Shown: piece by piece, positions 50,971 to 64,000 of the stretch
How positions within the stretch are numbered: the first letter of the stretch is position 1
How the letters are laid out: every line of letters begins with the position of its first letter
Origin: Eledone cirrhosa
Taxonomy: Eukaryota
DNA length: 64,000 nt
Assembly (NCBI GenBank): GCA_964016885.1
Contig: CAXHJY010001209.1
Location: forward strand, 24,690-88,689
Direction of reading: 5' to 3'
The notes under the pieces: model-generated
The model's database searches: none
What the model was told of the DNA's origin: nothing
What the model saw: only the letters and a program-made list of their open reading frames with translations
Position numbers and translations under genes: made by a program

Positions 50971-52311
50971 CTACATCATAGTAAACTGTTAAATCCATTA
51001 CACATGCAGTGTACACAGCCCTGGGTGGGCTTCTCTATTAGTTATATATTAGACCCACTACAACTTCCAGCTACAGTACTGCCATTAATTATATCACACA
51101 TACCCATACCATCAACACCTCCAACACACCTCCACCATCACCAATACCACCACCACCACCGCCACCACACAGCATCACCATCACCACCACCACCAGCACA
51201 CAGCAGCACCACCATCGCCACCAGTTCACAGCACCAACACCAATACCACCACCATCACTGTCACAAAACACCACCACCACCAGCACACAGCAGCAGCACC
51301 ACCACTTTCAGTACCATCACCATCACCAAATCCACCACCACCTCCACACAGCACCACCATCCCCACCACCACCACCAACACTACCACCACCACCAACACC
51401 ACCACCACCACCACCACCAACACCACCATTAACGACATCAAAAACTATACCAACATTATCACTGTTACCAAACAATTAATTATATACTAACACCACAATC
51501 ACCACATCATTAATTATCTCAGTATGCTCATTACTGCCACCACCACCACCACCACCACCACCACCACCACAACCACCACCACCACCACCACCACCACCAC
51601 CACCACCACCACCACCACAACCACCACCACCACCACCACCACCACCACCACCACCACCACCACCACAACCACCACCACCACCACCACCACCACCACCACC
51701 ACCACCACCACTACCACCACCACAACCACCACCAGCGGCACCACAACCACCACCACCACTACCACCACCACCACCACCAGCGGCACCACCACCACTACCA
51801 CCACCACCACCACCACCACCACCACCACCACTACCACCACCACAACCACCACCAGCGGCACCACAACCACCACCACTACCACCACCAGCGGCACCACCAC
51901 CACCACCACAACCACCACCGCCACCACTACCACCACCACCACACCATCACCAACAGCAACACCACTACCACCACCACCTCCACTACCACCAGCGGCACCA
52001 CAACCACTGCCGCCGCCACCACCACCGCCATCACAGCCATTAATTATATCATCATCATCACCCCCCCCCCCCCCAGCTACCACGAGGACCAACACCCCCA
52101 CCACCATTAATTATACCACCACAAGGGGCTTATAATAAAAGCGCGGGGGGGGGGGGGATACTGAAAAAATAATAAGGGTCGGGGTTGATTATTCAAGACC
52201 TAGGAGTACTTTTTCTGCTTCATCCATATTTTATCAAATGTATAGTTATATTTGTTTTATATCCTGAATAAGTAAACTCCTTTTATATCCCTTATATTAT
52301 TGTAGTTTCAT

Positions 52312-52385
52312 CCTTACGGGGTCGATAAAATAAAGTACCAGTAATGCACTGGGTAATTGCTGGCCTTGTGCAAAAAGTAGAAACA
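52312..52385 (+). mobile_element. 5'-truncated SINE family 1 with TSD
   Basis: ATTA(T/G)TGTAGTTTCAT at 52296-52311 and 52386-52401; TTTCAT also matches the SINE body. Confidence 0.88.
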
Positions 52386-52779
52386 ATTAGTGTAGTTTCA
52401 TATGGATTGATCTTCAGTATTATTTTAACGACAGACAAACATTCGATTATCCCAGTCAGGAAAAGCCATGAAAAAAACAAAAACAATAGAAGTGGAGCAA
52501 AAATAAGAAAGAAACATAACTACTTTTCTATATCCGGGAAAATGGATGAAGTTTTTGAGGAAATTAGTTCTACTCACCGGGAAAGGAAGTCGTATGTTCC
52601 CAACATTTATAATGAAAACCTGTTAGTGATTTTTGTTTGAGTCACCAAGCAGATCGATGCTGGATTTCGGGTCCATAGCTTCCATAGAGGACCTTGATCC
52701 AATCATCTGTGAAACGTATGTACAGGTCAATAAAAAAAAAAACATCATATATAAATGAATCGATCGACTTTCGTAAAGT

Positions 52780-52974
52780 CAGACCGAGGAAACAATGTTT
52801 CCGTTGGTCTTTCCAGTTGCTAGTACTATCTATCGGTCGCAACTCCAGGTAGGAGGAGCAACGTGAAAGTGAAGTGTCTTGCTCAAGGACATAACGCATC
52901 ACCTGGTCCAGGAATCGAACTCACAACCTCACGATTACGAATCCAGTTCTCTAACCACTCAGCCACACGCCTTC
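52780..52974 (-). mobile_element. SINE family 2
   Basis: Minus strand A box TGGCTGAGTGG and B box GTTCGATTCC. Confidence 0.9.
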
Positions 52975-53352
52975 ATATATACACACACAGGTGTGTATAT
53001 GAAAGCATATGCTATATGTTTATATACAAACAGATGAGAGCCACGCTAACAAAGAAAAAAAATGTTGTCATTAAAACATTTTTCTCTCTTTTGTGAACAT
53101 GTCACAGATACTGTGGCTCACTTATATTTATTATATATAAAGATATCATATATGATATCACGTATGTAATGATATCTTTTGCAGGAATGTTGGGGGTGGT
53201 CCACTGACTTCCGGTTACGACACACAGACAGAAAAATACGCAAATAATTGTGTTTGCGTATGTATACATGTGTGTATGTGTCTATATATATGTATATGTA
53301 TGCATGCAAGTATATATATATGTGTGTGTGTGTATGTGTGTATGTGTGCGTG

Positions 53353-53620
53353 TGTGTATTTACATATACATATATTTGTGTATTTACATATACATATATG
53401 TGTGTATTTACATATACATATATGTGTATATTTACATATACATATATGTGTGTATTTACATATACATATATTTGTGTATTTACATATACATATATGTGTA
53501 TATTTACATATACATATATGTGTATATTTACATATACATATATGTGTATATTTACATATACATATATGTGTATATTTACATATACATATATGTGTATATT
53601 TACATATACATATATGTGTA
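53353..53620. repeat. 24-bp minisatellite (TGTGTATATTTACATATACATATA)n
   Basis: ~11 visible copies. Confidence 0.9.
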
Positions 53621-54117
53621 TAGGTAAAGTGGACGGTAAAATGAATACGTACATCCACGAAGAACAATGAGAGAGGGAGAGGGGGGGGGGGCAGACGAGG
53701 GGAATAATCATTAGGGAATATTGTGGGTGTTGCGGTTGACGAAAGAATTCTTTTTTTAATGAAGAAACTTAAAGGTCAGGGGGTAAAGATTAAGAGTAGG
53801 AAGTGAACTTTGACTCTCACACGCCCACACATCTCAAACATAAACATAGATTCATTCATTTACAAAGGCTTACATGTTGAGAAAGGGAGGGAGAGGAGAA
53901 AAAATGAACCTATGGAAGGATATGTGTGGGGTTTTGAGAATACACGTATGATTGAAGGGTTTGTTGTTAACATGATCGCTTCTCAAATATATAGTCCTGG
54001 GTTCATTCCCCTGGCCTGGTACATTGAGCCAACATTTCTATTATAACCAAGTCCGACTTAACTAATACGTTCAGAGTGGAATTTGGCAGATGCAAACTGT
54101 TCAGAAATTCGTCATAC

Positions 54118-54213
<96 letters not shown>

Positions 54214-54350
54214 ATACAGCCAATTTTCCACACAATACAATTAGTTAGCACCCCGAACGTTTAATTAGGAATATACTCAACTATTTCCTAATGTTTGTTG
54301 AGTGAGTTGAAATTTGGCCGGAGTATCGCTATTAGCTATCTCCGATTATG

Positions 54351-54402
<52 letters not shown>

Positions 54403-54406
54403 AATA

Positions 54407-54451
54407 GTACCACTGATGATGTTGCAAATGTGCAACGAAAGAACTTTGTTA

Positions 54452-54452
<1 letters not shown>
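54407..54452 (+). ncRNA. Hammerhead motif filling a ~55-bp island between two (TA)n runs
   Basis: GUACCA CUGAUGA U GUUGCA-AAUG-UGCAAC GAA A-GAAC-U U UGUUAC; helix I 5 of 6 paired, helix III only 1 bp. Confidence 0.65.
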
Positions 54453-54507
<55 letters not shown>

Positions 54508-54964
54508 ATTTTTGACCGTTGGTCAGTCAATGATAAACATTGAGGACCAAATGAATTAACTATGGAGATATATAAGATGCAGAAGCAAGTTCCTCAGATA
54601 CATCTAGTGATTTCGAAGCAAATCCTCTTTCTGCAGACAGATCGCACCTCGAGCTGTTCGCCGGAGAAACAATTGTAATACGTAATAAATTGTGTTGCGA
54701 TGCATCACTGATTCTTCGTTTTCCATATATATATATATATATATATGTATATGTGTGTGTGTGTATACTCTTTTACTCTTTTACCTGTTCCAGCCATCCG
54801 GCTGAGGCCATATATATATATAAAAGAGAGAATGTTGTAGTTTACTTGAAGCATTCTGCGTTAAGTATGAGAAGGTATGTAATTCGTAGTCTGCGACAAT
54901 GCGAAAGGTGTGGTGCGATTTAAGATAAAAGAAGGTATCAAAACTGGTCTGTGTTACCTCTTCT

Positions 54965-55129
54965 TTTTTCATATATCTAGTTGAGAAACAACTAGTATTA
55001 TGTACATACTTACTGACGAATTGTGTTCCCTGGTCTTAATTATACTTATCACAAAGAACAAGACCGAGGAACATCATTCGTTAGTATGTACATAATACTA
55101 GTTTTTTCTCAACTAGATATATGAAAAAA
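54965..55129. mobile_element. Imperfect fold-back element near (TA)n
   Basis: TTTTTCATATATCTAGTTGAGAAA..ATGTACATACT / AGTATGTACAT..TTTCTCAACTAGATATATGAAAAA. Confidence 0.75.
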
Positions 55130-55135
55130 TGTTTT

Positions 55136-55210
<75 letters not shown>

Positions 55211-55320
55211 TAACAAATTAAAGTTTAAGCAAAGAATCGCTGCTTTCACCCTTAACGGGATCTTCTTTGGATGTTAGTCTTCACATTTATTATTATTACT
55301 ATATGTACATATATATATAT

Positions 55321-55441
55321 ACTCGATAATTGGCATAGTTGAGTAAGGTTATATTATAAAGAGTCGGGACCCGTCAGCTAGACTCTTGCCGTTTCAATAG
55401 CTAGTGAAACGGCAAGAACTCAGCCGTCGGGTCCTGACTCT

Positions 55442-55447
<6 letters not shown>
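55321..55447 (-). mobile_element. Fold-back element related to family B and to 12075-12210
   Basis: TATTATAAAGAGTCGGGACCCG..TCTTGCCGTTTCA / TGAAACGGCAAGA..CGGGTCCTGACTCTTTATAATA, with TA flanks. Confidence 0.75.
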
Positions 55448-55497
<50 letters not shown>

Positions 55498-56660
55498 TGT
55501 GTGCGTATGTGTATGTGTGCGTGCCTCTTCTCCACTCTTTCGATCTTCGATTTTCTCAACTATTATTTATTGTGATTGACTATTATTATAGGTATTTGCG
55601 TCAGGAGGACTACATTCCAGGTAACAGTACATATGTGTATGTATGTATGCATACCCCCCCCCCCCACACACACACACACACAAACAAAAACATATTTACT
55701 GTTACACGGAGGAGTAATTTTAAAGATGAGAAAAAGTAAAAATAAATAAGAATCTACGTAGGAACGAACAAAAATACGGAAATAAAAATACTGAAAAATA
55801 TAACAAAAATATACACAAAAATAAGAGTGAGTTGTTGAGAACGAGGAGAAATAATTAAGAGGAGGGGTAAAAAAAAAAGGCAAAAAATGCCCACTGGAAA
55901 AATAATAAAATAAAACCCCCCAAAATACCACCCCCTTCAATAAAGCAATTCAAAGCTACAACAACTACAACAAAAATAATTACAACAAAAAACAAGAAAA
56001 AATATATAAAAACAAATAAAACGTAGATAAGCGAAGTAAACAGAAGAATTAAAACCAAACCAAACCGAAGCCGAAACTAAACTAGACGTCCATGTTATTT
56101 CCTGTGACAATATGGCCGCTTTCAGCTGAATAAATATTCCGCCATTCACCTGTGTGATTGCTAGTAGACATAACAAAATGATGAATATATGAATGAATGG
56201 CCGACATTTTGAAGTGGATGACTTATACACACGACAAGACGCAATCACACACACACACACACATCTCATACAAACACACACACATCACATACATACAAAC
56301 ACATCACATACATACATACACACACACATCACATACGTGCGAACACATACATGCATATATACACATACACACACATATTACATGCAAGCGAGCTTACACA
56401 CATTACATGCATACATACACACTTACATGCATGCATACACATACACACATTACTTGCATGCCTGCGAACACACATACATACATACATGCATGCATGCATG
56501 CATACATACATACATACATACATACATACATACATACATACATACATACATACATACACACAACCATGCACAAATAGACATGGAGCCACGCAGGCACGTT
56601 GAATTTTGTTGATTCGCAGCCACTCTCTTTGTTGATATCACAAGCAGCTGCAACAGCAGC

Positions 56661-56725
<65 letters not shown>

Positions 56726-56750
56726 CAGCAGCAGTAGTAGCAGCAGCAGC

Positions 56751-56806
<56 letters not shown>

Positions 56807-56815
56807 CAACAGAAA

Positions 56816-56869
<54 letters not shown>

Positions 56870-57834
56870 CAACAGAAATAGTAGTAGTAGTAGCAACAGA
56901 AATAGTAGTAGTAGTAGCAACAGAAATAGTAGTAGTAGTAGTAGCAACAGAAATAGTAGTAGTAGTAGCAACAGAAATAGTAGTAGTAGTAGCAACAGAA
57001 GTAGTAGTAGTAGTAGTAGCAGCAGCAGTAGTAGTAGTAGTAGTAGTAGCAATAGTAGTATAAGTAGTCAAACAGGAGAACCTCTATGTCGTTACGAAAC
57101 ATACTCAATATTGCAACAAAATCAAATCAGACTCTGCCATCTTAAAAAAACGCAAGTCAATGTCTGTTGATCAGAGATTTGCTGGTTCTGGGACTTAGTG
57201 TGGTTAAATAACTGAAACATTTAATCTCTTAAAATTCTCTTCTACAGATTAAGACATATTTGTTTTAATGTATAAATTTACAAACAACATTAGTGGCAAA
57301 GGAAGTGTTAGAGGTTACAATTGTCCTTGATTTTATATAACTTTTGTTCCACATGCTTAAGGCTTGTGAATTTCCTTGATAGCTGTCTTAAGCAATAAAT
57401 TACTTTAGAAGTGTTCCTTAAAGCCCTTTTACCATAAAGTAATATACTAATACAGTTCGAATTACCAAATTAACAGTTATGTATTTTTTTGAGCTCTATT
57501 CATGCATGTTGGAGGTTCACGCTGCTTTTAGATATACGTCACATGTTCATGCTTGCAATGAATATTGTATTGTTTGACAGATGTGTAGGGTAGTTCTTTT
57601 TGTCTTGACCAGTGCTACACAACGTTCTTTTAGTTGGTCCAACAAATCTTGGTATGGGCCCCAAGGGATTCACTTGGTCTGATCCTATATCGAGAAACAA
57701 ATTTCTTTCATTGAAATTTAGATATTAACTAGAAAGACCGGTATGAATAGACGTTTTCTACACACGTGTGTACGTCTGTGTATATATTGTTATTTGTATG
57801 CATGACATTACCTGTATATGTGTGCTTTTGTGGA

Positions 57835-57990
57835 TGTAACGTGGCTTAGTGGTCATGGCGTTCGACTCATGAACGTAAAGTTGGGAGTTCGATTCCCAGT
57901 AGTAGGTTCTGCTTTGAGCAAGACAATTTATTTGATATTGCTCCAATCCACTCAGCTGGAAACACGATTTGTACCTGTAGTTCGAAGGGA
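57835..57990 (+). mobile_element. SINE family 2-like, plus strand
   Basis: A box TGGCTTAGTGG (57842-57852), B box GTTCGATTCC (57887-57896), then TTGAGCAAGACA. Confidence 0.75.
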
Positions 57991-58003
57991 TACACACACA
58001 CAT

Positions 58004-58116
<113 letters not shown>

Positions 58117-58149
58117 CAGCAGCAGTAGTAGCAGCAGCAGCAGTAGCAA

Positions 58150-58188
<39 letters not shown>

Positions 58189-58197
58189 CAACAGAAA

Positions 58198-58266
<69 letters not shown>

Positions 58267-58452
58267 CAACAGATAAAAACTAAATAGGTCCTCAGTAATA
58301 TTATTCTGATGAAATGACAGTAAATAATAACATTGAAATATTGAATGTCTGCATAACTAAAAGTTTGTAGATAGCAGCTGTTTTAGGTTATGTAACTGTT
58401 ATAGAAACACGTGTCAATAAATTCCTTTCAGCTAAACTGTATCCATTCAAAT

Positions 58453-58515
<63 letters not shown>

Positions 58516-58661
58516 TATAAATATAACGAAGGAAGTGTGGTAAGGAACCAGGTGGACCATAACGCACCACAGTACTCGACACTTAGGGTATATCTGGACA
58601 AGTAATCCATAAATAGCCGTCAAAACGGCTTGAGCTCTGCCGTCGGGGTCTTGACAATTTT

Positions 58662-58712
<51 letters not shown>

Positions 58713-58779
58713 ATGTGTGTGCGTGTGTGTATCAACAATATGTTTGAGGGGAAAACACCCCAGGGAAAGCAGGTTTAGT

Positions 58780-59220
58780 CCGGGCATAACATCTGCACAT
58801 GTTTGTTTTATCTTCTACATCATGTCAGCGACTGTTGCACAATTACATTTACTAGTATATACACATTCTCCCTGTCCTAGATCATTGTCAAGAAACATTG
58901 ACAGTACATGTTAGTCTTTTACATGTTCGTCTTTCTTTATATAACCGTAACATTTTTGTTATATTTTGATATTTATAATCCTCTTTTCTACGTTGCCTTC
59001 CATACAGCTTTTGTCACATTACCGTAGATTGTAACTTGGTGACATTTTCGGACAGCTGCTTATGATGTGGGTCACATGTTCAGTGTTAATTCCTGAGAAA
59101 CTGCTTAGGTTGTCACTTTTATGTCCGATACCTACCTTCATATTCCTTTTGTGCATCAACTACTTTATTGACATTTCCTCTTCCTGAATTTCAAAGCATA
59201 ACCTTTAAATTAAGAGGTAT
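58780..59220 (-). pseudogene. R4/Dong-like non-LTR retrotransposon remnant (zinc knuckle and RLE region)
   Basis: Manual minus-strand translation across frameshifts: FKGYAL..IQEEEMSIK*LMHKR...EHVTHIISSCPKMS...MI*DRE. Confidence 0.65.
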
Positions 59221-59404
59221 TATACCTGTTGTTGGTCCATACAGCTATATGTGTCTGTAGATAGAGATATCTGTATGAATGCATTTAGGTATTATGCATG
59301 TGTGTGAGTATAAGAATGTTATGTATGCATGTGAGTGAGTATAAGAATATGTGTGAGTATAAGCATGTGTGTGAGTATAAGTATGTATATATATAGAGAG
59401 AGAG

Positions 59405-59478
<74 letters not shown>

Positions 59479-59681
59479 ATGGATGGGTGTATTCAAACGT
59501 AACTATGCGCTTATAAAGTTCTCTCCGCGTAACCATGTAATTCCAGGTTTGAGCACACGGCCTGGCATGTGAGTCAAGTGATTTATAACATAGCCTCAAT
59601 TTCACTAATGTCTTCGGAAGGACATTTGGTTGGCGGAAACTTTATAGAAGTTCGTCGTACACACACACGCACACGCATACG

Positions 59682-59789
<108 letters not shown>

Positions 59790-59790
59790 C

Positions 59791-59893
<103 letters not shown>

Positions 59894-60030
59894 CATATAT
59901 ATATATACATATATATATATACATATACATATATATATATACATATATATATATACATATACATATATATATACATATAGGAACCAGTAAAACCCCGACA
60001 GCTGAGCTCAAGCCGTTTCGACGGCTATAC

Positions 60031-60063
<33 letters not shown>

Positions 60064-60086
60064 CACACATATCTATATATATATAC

Positions 60087-60117
<31 letters not shown>

Positions 60118-60326
60118 CATATATATACATATACATATATATATATATATATATATACATATATATATTAAATTAACCGATGTAAAAGACATAGAAGCGA
60201 AAACCAACCAAACAGTGAGTGTGTTCTGTTATTAATTCTGGCAATATTATTACACAAATATGACCCTCCCCAAGTATGACAATATTTGTTTCGACACACG
60301 ATTTCATATCAAAAACCTCGCAAAAC

Positions 60327-60365
<39 letters not shown>

Positions 60366-60383
60366 GTATATATATATATTATA

Positions 60384-60416
<33 letters not shown>

Positions 60417-60419
60417 ATA

Positions 60420-60450
<31 letters not shown>

Positions 60451-60525
60451 GTGTATATATATATATGTATATATATATATATGTATATATATATATGTAT
60501 ATATATATATGTATATATATATATG

Positions 60526-60556
<31 letters not shown>

Positions 60557-60603
60557 GTATATATATATGTATATATATGTATATATATGTATATATATGT
60601 ATA

Positions 60604-60723
<120 letters not shown>

Positions 60724-61125
60724 GATGTACCCATGCGCACAGATGCTATAAGATAGCTTACAAAATAAGATGAAGACACCAAAACTCGGAAATGGAATCA
60801 GCCGCTGTATGTATATATATATATATATATAACAATTATACGCGTGAAGAGCAAATAGACAAAGGTATACCATATGAGAATATATATATATATATATATA
60901 TTCTCATGTGTGTTTTCTATGGTATATTCAAAACGATGTACTTGTTCGAAGGAAAAGGTTCCTTTAAAAATAGAATAAAGAAACCTTAAAACTTCAAGAA
61001 GTTCAGTCAAATAGCTTTCTTTCTAAATCTGCTTATAGATATGTTTGAATCAATATCGATTAGTTTAGAGCTATGATTAGCTCTGTAACCAATATTGATA
61101 GGAATAAAGTTGCCAGCATGATATA

Positions 61126-61319
61126 CGTGCGTCGTCGGAAAAGGTTATGGGCTGACTATGAAGGAGTGATGCTAGAACTGTGAAATCTTCATGCATTAAT
61201 TTCAACTCTTATTAAAAACTGCAATGTTTCTTTCCAAGGACTATGTTGAAAAATAAACCTCACTGGGTCATTCCATGAGAGCATGTTCGTCAGCCTATGA
61301 TATTTTCAGTTGACCCTCG
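61126..61319 (+). mobile_element. 194-bp mariner-derived MITE with TA TSD
   Basis: TA|CGTGCGTCGTCGGAAAAGGTTATGGGCTGAC...GTCAGCCTATGATATTTTCAGTTGACCCTCG|TA; contains the DYVEK-stop transposase tail. Confidence 0.8.
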
Positions 61320-61979
61320 TAATATATAAAGAAATAAACAAATATATATATGTGAATGTGTGTGTGTTTGTTTGTAAGTGTTTGTGTATGTGTGTGTAAG
61401 TATGAATGAATGCCTGTATATATGTATACATGTATGAATGCCTGTATATATGTATGTATGAATGCTTGTATGTATGTAAGTATATATGCTTGAAATTATA
61501 CATGCTTGTATGTATGTATAAATCCTTGTATTTATGAATGCTGGTATGCACGTATACTCGAGAAAGTGCTGAGGCGTGGGCTGACATACGTTTACTCATT
61601 GTATATGTTAAGAAAAAAAAAGGAACGCTGTATGACAACACTCTATCGAAACCGACTTAAATCTAATGTTTTTCCCAAGCACCGTTCGTTGCGTCATCTA
61701 AGTAGAGCTGTTGGGTAAGATTTTCTGGTTCGATGAGCAAAGATTGAGAAAAGCCTAAAGTAAAATTCTCACTCTGATCCTAAAAAGGAAATGAAAGATT
61801 GCTGGTTGTAATCCTTTAATTATTTTAATGTTTGAGAGGCGCTTAAACATGAAGCGTTAGCCTTGCATAGAAAAATATATAGAATATGTCAGAAACTAAC
61901 GATGTACGCAGAAATACCTCTAACCCAGACACAAATGTGCAATTACATTTACATACAGACACACCCGCGCACACATATA

Positions 61980-62019
<40 letters not shown>

Positions 62020-62038
62020 GTATATGTATGTATATATA

Positions 62039-62125
<87 letters not shown>

Positions 62126-62129
<4 letters not shown>

Positions 62130-62444
62130 AATAAAGATGAAATCGAAAATGCAATGGGGTCTTTTTTTTTTTTAAATATATTTATTTGGTTCCTTTACCA
62201 GTTTCGCAGTTCTTGTGCTTTTCAAAAGTAGAATTAAGATAGAGGGTTTGTGGTTTTTCTCGCACTACCCTCCATCTCAATTCTACTTTTGAAAAGCACA
62301 AGAACTGCGAAACCGGTAAAGGAACCAAATAAATATATTTTTAAAAAAAGACTCCAGCTGCATTTTCGATTTCATCTTTTTTCCTTATACTTTCACTCGT
62401 GTAGGACACCTCGTTTTTTTTTCATTTTGTAAAAAAAACCTCAC

Positions 62445-62450
<6 letters not shown>
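62126..62450 (+). mobile_element. Fold-back family A element with a U3-A8 hammerhead at 62286-62321
   Basis: Inverted arm from 62126, direct arm to 62388 and a ~62-bp tail matching the ends of 1320-1626; (TA)n flanks. Confidence 0.88.
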
Positions 62451-62539
<89 letters not shown>

Positions 62540-62744
62540 AGAGATGTCAACATAAATGGACCTGTTATTCTTATCTAAAGACATTTTTTCCAATTCCAAC
62601 CCGCCCGTCCCCTCAATCTTTCTTATTTCTCATTATTTCTTCTGATGAAGGACTAGACCCTCTTCCTGCTATATCAAGCGTTAACCTAATATATCCCTTC
62701 CTTATACTTTATCTATTGTGTTGTTATTTCTGTTTACCCTTTAC

Positions 62745-62804
<60 letters not shown>

Positions 62805-62809
62805 ATTAA

Positions 62810-63032
62810 CCCTTTAGCATTTAAACCGGACCATATCCGGCCAGCATTCTCTCACTCCTTTCTGTTCCAACCAGCTTTAACTGGCCACTCATACCGACTT
62901 TAAGGTATTGTTCTCAAAATAAATAATATCAAAATCTCATAGATTCCATATTATGTGGGATAATTATGTGAGGTAAAGCCTTTACCACGAGAATACAATA
63001 GTAAAATATAGAGTAATGTAAATGCTAAAGGG
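62810..63032. mobile_element. 223-bp piggyBac-type MITE
   Basis: TTAA|CCCTTTAGCATTTA...TAAATGCTAAAGGG|TTAA: 14-bp perfect TIR and TTAA TSD. Confidence 0.88.
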
Positions 63033-63190
63033 TTAAGGCTAAATAGTGAATCGTGTTACTCGGGAGTTTTGTGAAATAAGTGTTTTGCTCAAGAATACAA
63101 CACAGGAGCCTGTCTAGGAATCGAACCGACGACGTTACAATGCAATGTCAAGCAGCCTAACAATTGCCAGGCGAGTAATTCACCGAATCA

Positions 63191-63256
<66 letters not shown>

Positions 63257-63804
63257 CATACATACATACATACATACATACATACATACATACATACATA
63301 CATACATACATACATACATACATACATACATACATACATACATACATACATACATACATAATATATATCAGCTTACATCGGACACCCGAATACAAAAACC
63401 TTGATTTACACTCATATACGTTGTTTATAATTTATTTATTTAAATATAATGTGCATATTATGTAATATAATATATAATATTGCAATTTATATAGAGCTAT
63501 AAATACGAATATATATGTATAGAGACTGGAAGAGAAAGAAAGATGGACGTAAATATGTGTGTATTTATGTAAGTATTGAACCGTGTATAAGATTTTAATA
63601 TCGTATTAATAAAATAGCAATTTTCAGAGGGTAACTGATCCCAGTCTGGGTGCAAAAAGTTTTGGGTTATCGGCGTACAAAATTGGTCCTATTTGTACTG
63701 AGGCACTCGTTTGGCTTACTAGAAGAAATAGGGCCAATATTTATATAAATCCAACATCTCACGAATCAAAAGAAACACTGTATTTTTTGTTGACTCAACT
63801 CACC

Positions 63805-63890
63805 TCTAAGAAGAGCAAATCGATAACGGAGTCGGGTCCATAACTGCTATGAATCACCTTGAGCCAATCCTCTGCGAAACGCCCTTAAGA
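63805..63890 (+). ncRNA. Decayed hammerhead of the extended helix II family
   Basis: UCU AAGAAGA GCA..GGAGUCGGGUCCAUA..CCUUGAGCCAAUC..UGC GAAACG; aligns with 16478-16575 and 52649-52726. Confidence 0.5.
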
Positions 63891-64000
63891 AGTTGATACA
63901 TAATTTTAAAAATCTTACTACATATAAATGAATATTCATCGTTTTCCTTAATATATACATTCAGTCTGAGTATCGACTGCTTATTTTGATACCACCACCA

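Noticed and set aside
52880-52974. tRNA gene (also at 7560-7623, 29030-29102 and 57840-57900)
   Set aside because: A and B boxes continue into a shared SINE body; no convincing cloverleaf.

Overview
This is AT-rich, microsatellite-saturated eukaryotic non-coding DNA (intergenic or intronic). The SINE families and repeat landscape resemble an octopod cephalopod; this is an inference from recalled repeat sequences, not a database result. No host protein-coding gene can be supported, and almost every ORF in the track is a simple-repeat artefact. Recognisable mobile DNA includes an 894-bp internally deleted mariner element, mariner- and piggyBac-type MITEs, three tRNA-derived SINE families, and decayed remnants of Penelope-like, RTE, R4/Dong-like and CRE-like retrotransposons. 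There is also a ~10.5-kb 18/21-bp satellite. The main hidden signal is that many short unique islands between (TA)n runs are fold-back elements and/or carry type I hammerhead ribozyme (HHR) motifs on either strand. I count about 15 complete, degenerate or half motifs from several unrelated families, consistent with Penelope-like pseudo-LTR (pLTR) or retrozyme-type elements that target (TA)n. Recurrent non-canonical features are a compensatory U3-A8 core, a U.U pair at the base of helix II in unrelated families, palindromic helix III/loop 3, and a conserved helix II extension. All structures were folded by eye and none has been tested.
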